Shown here piece by piece: positions 13,840 through 27,530 of a stretch of DNA of 64,000 nucleotides. A program made the position numbers and the translations under genes. Source of the DNA: Octopus bimaculoides (Eukaryota); assembly GCF_001194135.2 (NCBI RefSeq), contig NC_069000.1, positions 3,250,711 to 3,314,710 of the forward strand, written 5' to 3'. How positions within the stretch are numbered: position 1 is the first letter of the stretch; each line of letters begins with the position of its first letter. Under the pieces are notes generated by a model. It was given only the letters and a program-made list of their open reading frames with translations, had not been told where the DNA came from and ran no database searches.

Positions 13840-14332
13840 TTGAAAGACACACATACACACACACACACGCATAGGTGCATATATATTTATAGTCAGATTC
13901 ATAGTTATATTCAAGCGAGAGTAATATAGGTAGAGAGAGAGGTGAGAAGAGAGAGATGGTGGGAGAGAACTTGAGAGAGACAGAGAGAGGGGGGTTGCGA
14001 AACAAACACAAGAAATATTACGAACTAGCAAGCAGACGAGAACATATAAATAAAGCCCCAACTATTGACTGGAAGAGGCAAGGAATCCAAAGACATGATG
14101 GAGGAGTTGCCAGAATGAGGATTATAGAGGCCTGGGGTATCTCTAGCAGCATTTGCTTATTTGAAATTCTTTTAGTTATTTGTATGTTTATGTATTTTTT
14201 TTTTCAAGATAATTCAGATACAACAAATCTGTGTATTGGTGTGTGAGCAAGATGGGAGACAGATAAGAGATACGAAGTGAGTTACGTAAAACGTCTGGTG
14301 CACTACAAAATATGAACGCATGCATGCACGCA

Positions 14333-14371
<39 letters not shown>

Positions 14372-14880
14372 TTATACAAACACACATACATACATCATTA
14401 TATATATATGTTAATATATGTAAATACATAAATCCATGATATATACATGTGTGCGTGCGTATGTATGTAAGCATATTATAGAGGTATACATATATGCACA
14501 CATATATAAACACATATACGCACATGCACACTTATACACACTCACACATACATAAATATACACACCCATATATACATTACGTATATATTAGAAACCTGAT
14601 GAAGCATTCTTTAGTGCAACTGCAGGATATGTAATATATTATTACTTAATATTTTGGGTAGATCACCCTTCAACGGCTCATAATATACCAACAGTTACTG
14701 AATATAACTAACCAGAAGATGGCTAGTTCAGTTGATAAACTATTTACTGTTTTGTTTATTTTTACTCATAACTTGTCAAATAATCAGCAGCGATGCTTGC
14801 AAAGAAACTAAACTAGATTGGTGCACAATCTATTTTAAGCAAAATGTAAAATGAATGACTATGTGTATGCGTATGTGCGT

Positions 14881-15254
14881 GGAGGTGCAATGGCCCAGTG
14901 GTCGTAGGATCGCGGTCGTAGGATCGCGGTTTCGATTCCCAGAGCAGACGTTGTGAGTGTTTATTGAGCGAAAACACATAACGCTCCACGAGACTCTGAC
15001 AGAAGGTGGAGGCGAACCCTGCTCTACTCTTTCACCACAACTTTCACTCACTCTTTCTTCCTGTTTCTGTTGTACCTGTATTTCAAGGGGCCAGCCTTGT
15101 CACACTGTGTGTCACGCTAAATCTCCCAGAAAACTACGTTCAGTGTACACGTGTATGTGGAGTGCTCAACTAGTTGTACGTTAGTTTCACGCCAGGCTGT
15201 TCCGTTCATCGGATCAACCGGAAACCTCGACGTCGTAACCGACGGAGTGCCACG
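14881..15254 (+). mobile_element. tRNA-derived SINE family C, full length
   Basis: A box TGGCCCAGTGG, B box GTTTCGATTCC; colinear with the inverted copy at 39475-39801; internal 14-bp tandem duplication gtcgtaggatcgcg x2. Confidence 0.85.
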
Positions 15255-15380
15255 ATGTGCATGTGTGTGTATATACATATGTGTTCTGAGATTGTGTGTG
15301 TGAGGGGATGTGCTTGTGTGTGTGTGTGTGTGTGTGTGTGTACATATTTTTTCAAAAGCTGAAATGCCCGACCCATCCCG

Positions 15381-15381
15381 C

Positions 15382-15413
<32 letters not shown>
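15381..15413. repeat. (GATA)n microsatellite
   Basis: Direct reading. Confidence 0.95.
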
Positions 15414-17054
15414 GTACCAACACTTATATAAATATACGTATATATAGATTCACCTATGCTTCGTGTATATGTATATATGATTTCTACATTATTTTTCCAT
15501 ATGTGTTCCTCATTGTATGAGCACATGATACCATATTTCCGTTTGACGCATAAATCTACATGTATATCTTGGTAGGAAACGTATCACATGGCAAAAAAGA
15601 AAGAAAGCAAACGTGTTTAGTATATGCATCAGTGGAACCCTGTGTTAACGTGACATTACTTCCATGCACCAAGTGAACGAATAGACATTCTCGAGAGATT
15701 CTAGATGTTTCTCCGTTCACCTCGTTGATTGGGTGCGTTGTTTCACAAACAGAATAATATATCCGTACTCAACACAAAATAACGATTACACACACACACA
15801 CACGCACACGCACACACACACACACACACACACCATACCATATATGTAAACATGATGTTCCAGTGATCTTGATGAGTTGTCTGTCTTTATTTGTATCAAT
15901 TAATAATTTATAATGCTGAACAGGCATAGTAGTGAAACATATATGTTTAACTGCTTGTTTTTCTTTTACATATAAATTTTTGCATAGTAGAAGAGATTAC
16001 GAAACAGCTGTAATTATGTGAAAGTCACATTGTACTCAATCGGATCTTTGGAATTTTCAGATACACGGATACAGTACATTACATCGATTACTACGCGGAC
16101 TGCTAGCTCCATATTACNNNNNNNNNNNNNNNNNNNNNNNNNNNNNNNNNNNNNNNNNNNNNNNNNNNNNNNNNNNNNNNNNNNNNNNNNNNNNNNNNNN
16201 NNNNNNNNNNNNNNNNNNNNNNNNNNNNNNNNNNNNNNNNNNNNNNNNNNNNNNNNNNNNNNNNNNNNNNNNNNNNNNNNNNNNNNNNNNNNNNNNNNNN
16301 NNNNNNNNNNNNNNNNNNNNNNNNNNNNNNNNNNNNNNNNNNNNNNNNNATATATATATATATATATATATTTGATGAATAAATAGTACCAAATATTTTG
16401 ATCTAATCTCCTGTTTTGATATATGCAAAATATATTTTCCAGAGTCTTCAAATTAGACGCATACCTCGAACAAATGTACCATCATCGTACAGATTCGGTT
16501 TACTGGAATAAGCGGAGGCACATCAAGAAGGGACACCTTGGATTGTAACCCTATCTACACAATATATATGTATATAATAGGAACACTGAATCTAGAAGCA
16601 ACAATGGCTAAAAGTAATAATTTGTAAAGATCGGATTAAAAACACTTTGGATACAAATAGCCAAAGGTCATCGGTGAAATCGAACCTATATATATATAGT
16701 AACACACACCAGTAACTCTGTGCGCTTATGTGTGTGTCTGTGAAGTGTATATACTAACCCTTCATTGCTTCATATTCTTTTTCTGTTGTTTTTCTTATCT
16801 CATTCTTTGTCCCATTTTCCCTCCAATTTCTAACATAACCCCCATCTCGCTTTCTGGTAACATTTCTAACTGACGTAATCCTTTACTGTTTTACAGAGAA
16901 CTCCCTACGGCGCAAAATATCATATATACAAGCCCCGCCAAATTTTTATCTTGTTTTTGAAGTATATCAGTCCCATGTGTATCTACATGATAGATACACG
17001 AGGCAGACAGAAGCCATAATTACGTCTTATCTTACCACTTAAAAATAATAGGCA

Positions 17055-17150
17055 TTAAGATGTAGTTAAAAATCAGCTTTGTAATTACACGATTTCGTGT
17101 TCAATCCTATCGTACACGACTTTAAAAAATCTATCTTATTATAGCTCGCG
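17055..17150 (+). mobile_element. Highly degenerate SINE family A head
   Basis: Weak colinearity (gtgttcaatcc...cttattatagctcg) with other family A heads. Confidence 0.4.
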
Positions 17151-17214
17151 TGATGATTAGATCTCCATAAGGGAATTTTTTGAAGGTTGCTAGAGGGATT
17201 TTTTTTTTTGTAAC

Positions 17215-17335
17215 TTCATTTCCTTGTTTCAGTCAATGTACCGCGGCCAGGCTTTGGTGTCGCCTTGTATGTGTGAGTGAGTCGAACAGATCGACCACAG
17301 CACTAATCGTTCTTTTGGACTCTGGTAGTTATTAC
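17215..17335 (-). mobile_element. SINE family A, 3' tail
   Basis: cttgtttcagtca...ccgcggccaggct...gtcgaacagatcgaccacagcact; reverse complement resembles 30240-30310. Confidence 0.7.
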
Positions 17336-17516
17336 CCCAGTCTCTTTCATAAAATCGCTACTTTCAGATTGCATAAGCTCTCTAGGGAAAAAAAAGGCTC
17401 GCGGTGTTAATTCCCTTCGAAATAATCCGTTCACTGAAAACCTCTTGAAGTAACGCCATGGTGATGCGCAGGATGACAAAACATTCACGGCGGAGAGACT
17501 TTTTGAACACGCTGTA
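17336..17516 (-). mobile_element. Tc1/mariner (DD37D/maT-like) internally deleted remnant
   Basis: Minus strand TA|CAGCGTGTTCAAAAAGTC TIR, then a frame reading TMALLQEVFSERIISKGI, resembling the segment before the WPPRSPDL motif; then disrupted. Confidence 0.6.
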
Positions 17517-17884
17517 CACCAGACATCGGATAAAATGGCCCAACATGCATTTACTGTTACTCTACAAATGATTCTTGTTGCTGATCATTTTATATTTGTT
17601 TATTATTATTTTGGTAAATCTAACATTTGTATGATACCCACTGATAAAAAAATGTGCTCAAATATCTCCGTGCTACAAGAGTGAATGTCAACCATTTAGA
17701 TTAAAATATCGTACGCGAAATACAAATCAATTTGATTTTGTTGTATCGATCAATCACAGGCTTTAGGGACATTTGCCATAATTGCTCACTACTTTATGTC
17801 TCTTATAAAACGGAAAAGAATGTCCGTTCCACTGAACCCACCAAACTGACACAAGGTGTAGACTCCAAGACATTGACTTTACAC

Positions 17885-18163
17885 TGGAATTACACATAAG
17901 GGGTCACATCCACATTGAGAGAAATTATCAATACTTTATATTCTTAATCGATAAGAAGGTTACCTAAAGCATCTTCTGTGGGGTTACAGTCATCCCGAAT
18001 TGGCTTTTTCTGTTCACATTTACACTACATGCTTCTACAAAGAGAAGTTCAAACCGAAAAATCAAGAACATCAATCAAACTCTCAAGTCTCAAAGTGCTT
18101 ACAAAACCGTCAGTGATCTCCCCTTTTTGATCTCCCGACAATGAATATAAATATAAATACATG

Positions 18164-18211
<48 letters not shown>

Positions 18212-18831
18212 TCTTGGAGTTTCTAATATGCACAGTCACATAACTATACAAATGAATAGGCATGTTATGTATGTNNNNNNNNNNNNNNNNNNNNNNNNNN
18301 NNNNNNNNNNNNNNNNNNNNNNNNNNNNNNNNNNNNNNNNNNNNNNNNNNNNNNNNNNNNNNNNNNNNNNNNNNNNNNNNNNNNNNNNNNNNNNNNNNNN
18401 NNNNNNNNNNNNNNNNNNNNNNNNNNNNNNNNNNNNNNNNNNNNNNNNNNNNNNNNNNNNNNNNNNNNNNNNNNNNNNNNNNNNNNNNNNNNNNNNNNNN
18501 NNNNNNNNNNNNNNNNNNNNNNNNNNNNNNNNNNNNNNNNNNNNNNNNTGGAATTACACATAAGGGGTCACATCCACATTGAGAGAAATTATCAATACTT
18601 TATATTCTTAATCGATAAGAAGGTTACCTAAAGCATCTTCTGTGGGGTTACAGTCATCCCGAATTGGCTTTTTCTGTTCACATTTACACTACATGCTTCT
18701 ACAAAGAGAAGTTCAAACCGAAAAATCAAGAACATCAATCAAACTCTCAAGTCTCAAAGTGCTTACAAAACCGTCAGTGATCTCCCCTTTTTGATCTCCC
18801 GACAATGAATATAAATATAAATACATGCTTT
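17885..18831 (+). repeat. 283-bp direct duplication (17885-18167 and 18549-18831) across gap N 18275-18548
   Basis: The copies read identical by eye up to a (TA)n tract and then diverge. Confidence 0.9.
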
Positions 18832-20704
18832 ATATATATATATATATATAAATCTTGTGTACCTGTGTGTGTGTCTGTGTTTCAAACGAATGAGCATTAG
18901 AATTTTTTTTTACCCATTTGAAATCAATGAGTTCACAGATCAAAGTAAAATGCTAAATTTATGTATTCCCTTAAAACTTCAATCGTCATGTTAGAACGGG
19001 CGTTGGCCACGCTTACCCCATCACCACCGCCACCACCACCACCGCAAAGACACATACAATCAGATGTACATTCATATATAAATACATATCGACACACATG
19101 CGTAGTAACATTTAATAGATATATGTACGTATGTACATATGTAACGAGAACAAGGGAGGAAGAGAGTACGAACAATTCTTCGCATATTCCTCGGAATATT
19201 TTATTTGGTAAAATCGTGTTCTGTTTAATACTAGATGTAGATGGTTTTATAATATGACACATTTTTTTGAGGAAACTTCTCACATATATATGTAGAAAAA
19301 AAATACTAATACAAATATAAATATTTGTTTTGACTCTTGCCCAAGGGTTTTCTGTAGCGTGAACCAATCGTCAGCGAGAAAAAAAGAAACAAGTATAGGC
19401 AAGTATTGTAAAGATGCTGCTTACAGGTGTTCCGTTTGGATTCTTCCATATCAAATGACTGCGATAAACTTGTTGTATTTTGAATCTGATGCCCTGCGGT
19501 GCAGATTTCCGCCGTTGATATATATATATATAGATTCCGTGAATAGCTAACAGAAGTTCTCACATTTCATATATATACACATATATTGGAGAACTCTCTA
19601 CATCAGATGAATTCAAATATAAGCCACAGATTCAGCTTTAGAGGGCCTGGTAATGGGTTCATCGTTTATAGTATATTAGGTAGAAAATATTGGACGGTGA
19701 GAATATTTAGACTAACAATAAAACACGCTTCCATATTTTTAATTAACCGGACCATAAGCATTCACATATATACCACATATATTTGAATGAATAATATACA
19801 TAAAATAGTTAATAACATTACTACAAATCATTATGTAATGAAATATATGAATTATTATCTGGAAATCGTCAATGATGATATAAGGCAGAATAAGCAGAAC
19901 TTGTGGGAAGGTTTTACCACTGAACTAACAAAGATCTGTGCTGCATCTCATGTTCTTCTAATTTGTAGTTCGATATATCAACTTTTTTATATTATTAGGT
20001 TAAACTTCTAGAAACTTCGAAATATCTATTCCGCCTCGCATTTGGTTACCCACCAGCTGGTTTGGTTAGTCGGACTATATGCAGAAACGGGTTAAGGCAT
20101 TTTATAACAAGTAATTTCTTATAGCTATTCTTGTTTTATTCTTTGTTTTTTTTTAAGGCAAAATATTTAGGCTATGATCCTACACTAGGAATTATATCGA
20201 GATTGTTCAGAAGACGGCAGCATTCAAATATTCTAATATGCGTCAACGCTAGAAGAACATCGATTCAGTGTTAGATCAATAATAATCAAACAAAATTTAT
20301 AATCAGAAAAGTTGCAGTGCAGATAATTTTGTACTTTTGGATTAAAAAACTATATTCTTAGCTGCAAAATGCTTGAATAATTCAAAGACATTTAATTCAT
20401 GGCAAACGTAATTTGAAGAACATTGTGTACAATAGATAGTGGTGCAAATATTGTATATCTGTTCGTTAGGCTGCATTTCTTTCGTGTACAGGTTATAGGA
20501 CATAGAAAATGAGCATTGAACCGTTCTAAGGCACACAAGGCATTCTGAGGTTTGATTATGAAACTAGATCCGCATTTATCAATCAGAGCTTTAATACATC
20601 GGTTGTATCCATTCAGTCTTTTCCAGCTTAGAAGCACAGTTACCCTCACGTTACCCAATGAATCATTTCATACTTTTAATATACGATTGGCTGTGGAAGG
20701 AAAG

Positions 20705-20760
20705 AAATGTGGCTGCTATTCTTTAGCAGAATGCTTGACTGTCATTGGCTCCACGTCGTT
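20705..20760 (+). repeat. Dispersed repeat fragment (family E)
   Basis: gaaatgtggctgctattctttagca recurs at ~56048 and ~56225 as atttggctgctatat.tagc. Confidence 0.5.
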
Positions 20761-21338
20761 ATGCATAGTAACATGATTACACACACCCAAACACACACAA
20801 GCACGTATGTGTTTATTATATTCTTATGCAACCTGGACAGAAATTGAAGCACATTGAAACATTGAATAAATATTTAAAACACTGAGAAATCGATAAGGTA
20901 TTTTTTTTTTTTATAGATCGAACTAAATTTATTAGTATGTTAGATGTAAAGTTATTACTAAAATATGACAAATCTAATGCGTCAGATAAAGGAAATTTAA
21001 ATATAAAAAGAGAATCAGCAGGTTATGGAATGAAATCACCGCATCAATAGACACTAGAACGAAACACACTGAATAATGTATCAGTTGTAGAAGATATAAA
21101 ATAACAAATGTTAGAAAGGTTTATTGTGAAATGTTAGAACTGGTTGGACATTAAACTGTAACAGACAATACTAGCTTTAAATCGTATGTAAATGACAGAT
21201 GCTACATCATACAAAATCACTGTAAATCGTGATTGGGAAACGACTTTATACAATATATAGACTAATACACGGCTATATTAATGGTGCTCTTATGCTCACA
21301 TATCTACTAAGTCGCACTCATTCACGCACACAAATGAA

Positions 21339-21388
<50 letters not shown>

Positions 21389-21489
21389 CGATGCTGTACT
21401 GTGGCGTTGTGTTCAATCTTACTCTGCGGTAAAGCCACGGATAGATTTGGTAGAAGGAAACTGAATGAAGATTATCACATAGGGGTACG

Positions 21490-21688
21490 TATGTGTTTCT
21501 TTCTTTGTCCCTTACCACAGCTTGATAAAAGGTGTCGGCTTGTTACATGACCGTGATATAAGTTTTGAGAAAAGACACCTGTGGAATAAGTACTATAGTT
21601 TAAAAACTAAATCAATTTATTTGGCGTAACTATTCAAAACAGTACCCCCAATATGGCTGCAGTTCAATGACTGAAACAAGAAAAAGAT
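21490..21688 (+). mobile_element. SINE family A, 3' half
   Basis: tttgtcccttaccacagcttga...gaataagtact...atggctgcagttcaatgactgaaacaagaaaaagat. Confidence 0.75.
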
Positions 21689-21697
21689 ATATATATA

Positions 21698-21771
21698 CGA
21701 GAGGCCTGCGGAAAGTTACTGGCTTTAAGGATGTCGCAAAAGGCCTGGTCGGAGGCCCAAACGGAAGAAGA
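21698..21771 (+). mobile_element. mariner-derived MITE, terminal fragment
   Basis: TA|CGAGAGGCCTGCGGAAAGTTACTGGCTTTAAGGATGTCGCAAAAGGCCTGG matches the reverse complement of 34865-34927. Confidence 0.75.
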
Positions 21772-22233
21772 AGAAGTCATGATGGTTGGAATATACCTTC
21801 TAGAAAGAAAGCTCAATATGGTTGCGTTTTCTACCAGAATTGACCAGTACATCTTTCTCTCTTCAACCTTCTCCAAGTTCACATATTTGTAATTTCCTGT
21901 TAGTACTGCTACGAAAGGAGTTTCCTTTCCTTCAATTCTTGACAATAATTTCGGACTTTGTATAACTTCTAACTCTATGACTACGTCTTAATTTCCTCCT
22001 CCTTCAATCTATCTTTCTGTTCACTCTCCATTTCATTTATCTGACATCTCTTGTGTATAAAGTAGTAAGATTCGATCCTTCCTCCGCGCTAGCACTCAAT
22101 CTATATCTAGTCGGAAGACATTTTCCGGCCTTCGTTGCACAAACATTCATATATGTACGTGTAGATATACATATACATGCATACACGAGCACAGACATGT
22201 ATATATTGTATACATAGATATATACACACATTC

Positions 22234-22270
<37 letters not shown>

Positions 22271-22952
22271 ACACATTAAATATATATATATATANNNNNN
22301 NNNNNNNNNNNNNNNNNNNNNNNNNNNNNNNNNNNNNNNNNNNNNNNNNNNNNNNNNNNNNNNNNNNNNNNNNNNNNNNNNNNNNNNNNNNNNNNNNNNN
22401 NNNNNNNNNNNNNNNNNNNNNNNNNNNNNNNNNNNNNNNNNNNNNNNNNNNNNNNNNNNNNNNNNNNNNNNNNNNNNNNNNNNNNNNNNNNNNNNNNNNN
22501 NNNNNNNNNNNNNNNNNNNNNNNNNNNNNNNNNNNNNNNNNNNNNNNNNNNNNNNNNNNNNNNNNNNNNNNNNNNNNNNNNNNNNNNNNNNNNNNNNNNN
22601 NNNNNNNNNNNNNNNNNNNNNNNNNNNNNNNNNNNNNNNNNNNNNNNNNNNNNNNNNNNNNNNNNNNNNNNNNNNNNNNNNNNNNNNNNNNNNNNNNNNN
22701 NNNNNNNNNNNNNNNNNNNNNNNNNNNNNNNNNNNNNNNNNNNNNNNNNNNNNNNNNNNNNNNNNNNNNNNNNNNNNNNNNNNNNNNNNNNNNNNNNNNN
22801 NNNNNNNNNNNNNNNNNNNNNNNNNNATATATAATACGTTTGTATGTGTTTGCTGGCGTATCAGTATATACATGTTTGCTGATGTATGTATATACACCAT
22901 TTACTGATACAAATCAGCCAGAAAACCGATTATCCGATAAACAGTTTCTCAC

Positions 22953-22961
22953 TTTTGCCAC
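22953..22961 (-). other. Candidate 9-nt microexon GTGGCAAAA
   Basis: Minus strand ...ttattgattctcTGCatttcAG|GTGGCAAAA|GTGAGA. Confidence 0.3.
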
Positions 22962-24744
22962 CTGAAATGCAGAGAATCAATAAATGGGCAATTGTAAAAC
23001 TATCAAGAAAGGCAATATTTGTCCACGATTATCACATATAAAATATGAATAAATTATAAATGTACAGGGCGATTTTTATAGCAATGTAAATATTAAAGGC
23101 CGACGAATGTATATAAATGAACGCATCTTTCTCTTTTGAGTCAGAGTGAAGACTAACTGCTAAGGAAGACGTATATAGGAAGACTGTCTGCAAAGAGAGA
23201 CATGTGTCAAGTAAGAGCTTTATTCCCATTCTTCGTTTTTGTTGCAGGGAGATTTAGTTCAATATGCTCCCTAGACGCGCGTGCATTTGAATGTGCAGGT
23301 GTGTTTGTGTGCGTGTGTGTGTATACGTACACATATTCCTATATACATACATATATGAATACATATATAAACATATATTCATATATATCCAATACAAAAG
23401 GTTGTAACTTTCAGTGCCGACTTTAATTGCTATAGAAAAATCTGTTGAGATAAACTTCAAATTCTTTATATATTTCAAACCAATTTTGAGAGGGAAAAAT
23501 CATTACAACAGAGCTAAGTACATTGATTTAGAGAATTAGGTAACATTTCTCTTCGTCCGAAAATTCAAGAAAGATGAAGGTCTTCTAAACTTTCCAATGT
23601 TGAGTAAATTAATTCAGCGGATGTATATCTTTATGCCTTTGGTGGCTGACAATCTAGAATCAGATCTTGAGAAGAAATTAAACTGCGTTGAATATGAAGG
23701 CGTGATATATATTTCAATAATGAAATTCAATATTTATCATATTTCGGAGTTAATATAAAAAATAAAATTGCTTTTCCGTTCGTCGCATATACGTCATGAG
23801 TTTTGCCTAACATGAGACTAGATTTCCGCTTTAAGAATATCTTGAACGTCTAGAGATATCTATTATAATTTCCGTTGTAAAGAATTATGAAATATGCTCT
23901 CTGATGTCATACCATGCTTTTGATGATACTTTTAGCATTTAAAAACTGTGTGCAAGCATCTATATACATATACACATATGTGTGTTTGTGTGTGTGTGTG
24001 TGTGTGTATTAAATATGAAATACATGTTAGTTACATAAGAAAACCGTGCCTGTGTGATAAGATGCTCGCCTCACGACTACATAAATCCGGCTTGAGTCTA
24101 GCTGCGTTGCACCTTAGGCAAAGGTCACCGGGATACAAACATATATATACCCAACCGATCAGTCAAACCCTCACCCATCAATTTCATTCAAATTTATTTA
24201 ATATATACTTTAACCGTCTAATATGACGTATAATACTTATAAACAAATCCGAAACCCTTTGTAAGTTACGGAGAGAATACTATTTAGGTTTGTTTATATA
24301 AAGATATATATATATATATATATATATGGAGAGTTGCATTTCGGGACGGTCATTATATTCTTATGCCAAATAAACATATGCACTGTACATTTATTCTTCA
24401 CTTGTTTATTACAGTTCTGATTTATTAAAATTTTAACTCATGTCCATCGTCCGTGAATCTTTCGTCAAACATCTGTGACCTCTTTATATATATATATATA
24501 TATATATATGAATGTATAATCATACTCGGCTGCACGTTTACAGAAGGGTTTTAATAACCAAGACGTGCCAGTTATCAAACACTAGCTTAAAGTTTGCTGA
24601 TTTCTTCTTTATATAGCTGTGGAAATATATATATCTCAATCTCTTTTATAAAGATTAAACTCTTCGCCCTTGAGTCACGATATTTAGAAGTAAATGACAT
24701 CTACATGGCACCATATGTTAAGTTACCTCTGTTCGTTATTTAGT

Positions 24745-24776
<32 letters not shown>

Positions 24777-25030
24777 NNNNNNNNNNNNNNNNNNNNNNNN
24801 NNNNNNNNNNNNNNNNNNNNNNNNNNNNNNNNNNNNNNNNNNNNNNNNNNNNNNNNNNNNNNNNNNNNNNNNNNNNNNNNNNNNNNNNNNNNNNNNNNNN
24901 NNNNNNNNNNNNNNNNNNNNNNNNNNNNNNNNNNNNNNNNNNNNNNNNNNNNNNNNNNNNNNNNNNNNNNNNNNNNNNNNNNNNNNNNNNNNNNNNNNNN
25001 NNNNNNNNNNNNNNNNNNNNNNNNNNNNNN

Positions 25031-25072
<42 letters not shown>

Positions 25073-26850
25073 ATCCGCTATTTCACTGACAATTTGCATT
25101 TCAGATTCTTCCCCGGTGGTCTGTAACGTTTATTGACTTTGTTTCTTTAAACCTTCGTGTACACACACAAAAACCAATGCAATCAGAATTCTTTAGTTGG
25201 TATGGCAAACTATCCGATTTTGTTTTGGCACAATGCTCGAAATGAATCGATGAGGATCGATATACCATTGACTGCATAGCTGGCATTGAAGTTCGGGAAG
25301 AATATCTGAACGCATAGCAGACCAATTTTCTATCTAAAGCACTTCGATTACCTACTTAAATCTTACTTTAACTACAGATAGATTTAGAAGAGATTTCATT
25401 CGTAAACACATAAAACGTTTTTTTTGTCCTTTTATTTATAAGTTATACGTAAATATGCTCCTAAAGTTTGCTAATGTAGTTGCATATTTAGGCATGTGTA
25501 ACTTGAAACACACTCATACGTATATGCACACCTACACACATATTTATATACACAAAATGGGGAGGGCGGAGAAATATGCATCATTTAATCAGCGTATGTA
25601 CGTTTCAGACAGATTGGCAAATTTCAAAATTTTTTCGATGCTTTGATCATGCATGTTAATCGAGCCCATATTTGATGAACTAAGATACTAGAGAATTAGA
25701 GAAGAAATTTAACGCCATCCTATCAAAGCTATATCCCACTTCTTGAATTAAAAACAATACAGGCACCTACAGAAAACTATATTACTCTGACGTTAGTGCA
25801 CATTTAGAAACTAAGCTGTTCTTGAGCATTGACTATCTAATGGACATTCTCCATCATTTTTACAATTATATAACCGGTTAAGCCAATTATCTAGTGAAAA
25901 GTTCACAATCCATCCATTGTCAATATTACAAGTTGAGCTAGGAATCCCTTCTGTATTATGAAAAGAAACATTTGACATACACGTATGCTCTATGCATGAA
26001 ATGTACTTCAGATTCATATAACTTTTTTTCCATTACGATTGTTCATATTGTCATTATAACTCTGATAATTATTGTCTTCATCACTATCATTATCACTAAT
26101 TACCATTTCCATTATCAATATTACACTCATCTTTATTATTGTTACTACTAATTACAATTAAGTGGATTGCTTCATTCCATTACAACTACCTCTCTAAACT
26201 TAATAATTTCTTAACATATTCCTATGTATGCAGCAACTAGTAAAGATGTGAGGGGAGCCATATTCTACAATTTTATGCGAACTCATTTTGAATTTATTCG
26301 GTGATTGAACTTCCGATTTACAAATTGGATAGGCAACGGCAAATAACTTTACGGCTTACTTGGTTCACAATAGCTATCACCGGACAATTTAGTTAGCCAA
26401 TTTTTATCAATACCGAGTTCTTACAACGTTTTAGCGTGAATCTTTAATCACTGTTTTCCTATATATGCACATATATACATAAATATATAACATACATATG
26501 TATATAATGAAATATATATGTATGTACGTACGCATGCTTGTAGGTATGTGTGTACACTTTAAATGTATACGCATTGATTGCTTTCATGCAGATTTATTGT
26601 CCCTACTACTGATCGTTATGTAAAAATTCGAATTTTGTTAGGTTAATCTCTTTTGGATCTGTATTATATAAATAGCTGCTGGACGTGCGTGTATATAAGT
26701 GCATACATGATGCACGCTTTTGTGTGTGCTCTGCACAAGGCTTCTCATGCACTAATATATAAGTGAAGGTGTTACTGTTGAACACAAAGCGTTAGTTGTC
26801 TTACGTGTAAATAACATACGTGCACTAAAACGGGAAATTATATAACTTAC

Positions 26851-26853
26851 ACA
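26851..26853 (-). other. Candidate 3-nt microexon TGT
   Basis: Minus strand ...ggattaattttacAG|TGT|GTAAGT. Confidence 0.25.
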
Positions 26854-27440
26854 CTGTAAAATTAATCCGAAAATTGCTTTCTTCCGCTTCATTCTACGCA
26901 AACCAGAAATCATCGTGTGCGCCATTGTATTACTTGGGAATGAAGCGGATTTCATTGAAGCAGACGATAGATTCTGTCTAGTTGTTTTTTCTTTATATTT
27001 TCCTTTTTTTATTGTTATATTTTAAATTTATTTTTGTTTGGTTCTTTGTTCTTTAATCCATGGATGTCAGTATTAACGTATATTTTAAGAAATGAAGACA
27101 AGATTGCTGGTTTCAGAAGCTGTCATCAGAACTCTCATGGATCAGTGTTCAATTTCACCTCTTGAGCAATACATTTTCTCATTTGCGATAACCACAGGTC
27201 TAAGAATTCTTTGTGAATGAAATTTCAGACACAATAGATGTGCAAAACCCTTCAGCCTAGCAATATATAAAATTTGGTTATGAGGATTGAGATTGCTTCA
27301 GAATAAAGGCACAGCAACCTGGAGAGCGTCAAAAATGGCTAGGTACGGTCGCGGAGAACTCACGGTGCAATAAAACATTATAGACTGCAGCTGATAGCAT
27401 AATACCGAACATGTACAAGTATCAAATCCAATTTATAACT

Positions 27441-27530
27441 GTAGACCCGACATACCTCAGCAGAATTTGAACACAGAACGAAAGACTGATAAAACACGGC
27501 TCGCCATTTTACCTTGTGTTTTAACCCGCT
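27441..27530 (-). mobile_element. SINE family D fragment
   Basis: cctcagcagaatttgaacacagaacgaaagac matches 13052-13085. Confidence 0.65.

Noticed and set aside
14881-14945. tRNA-like A/B boxes
   Set aside because: No cloverleaf; these are SINE heads, not tRNA genes.
14957-15184. Paralogous ORFs MFIERKH... here and at 39505-39753
   Set aside because: Both lie inside SINE family C copies; the similarity is from the repeat, not a gene family.
21780-22030. Purine-rich minus-strand segment, possibly a LINE remnant
   Set aside because: No identifiable RT or endonuclease motif.
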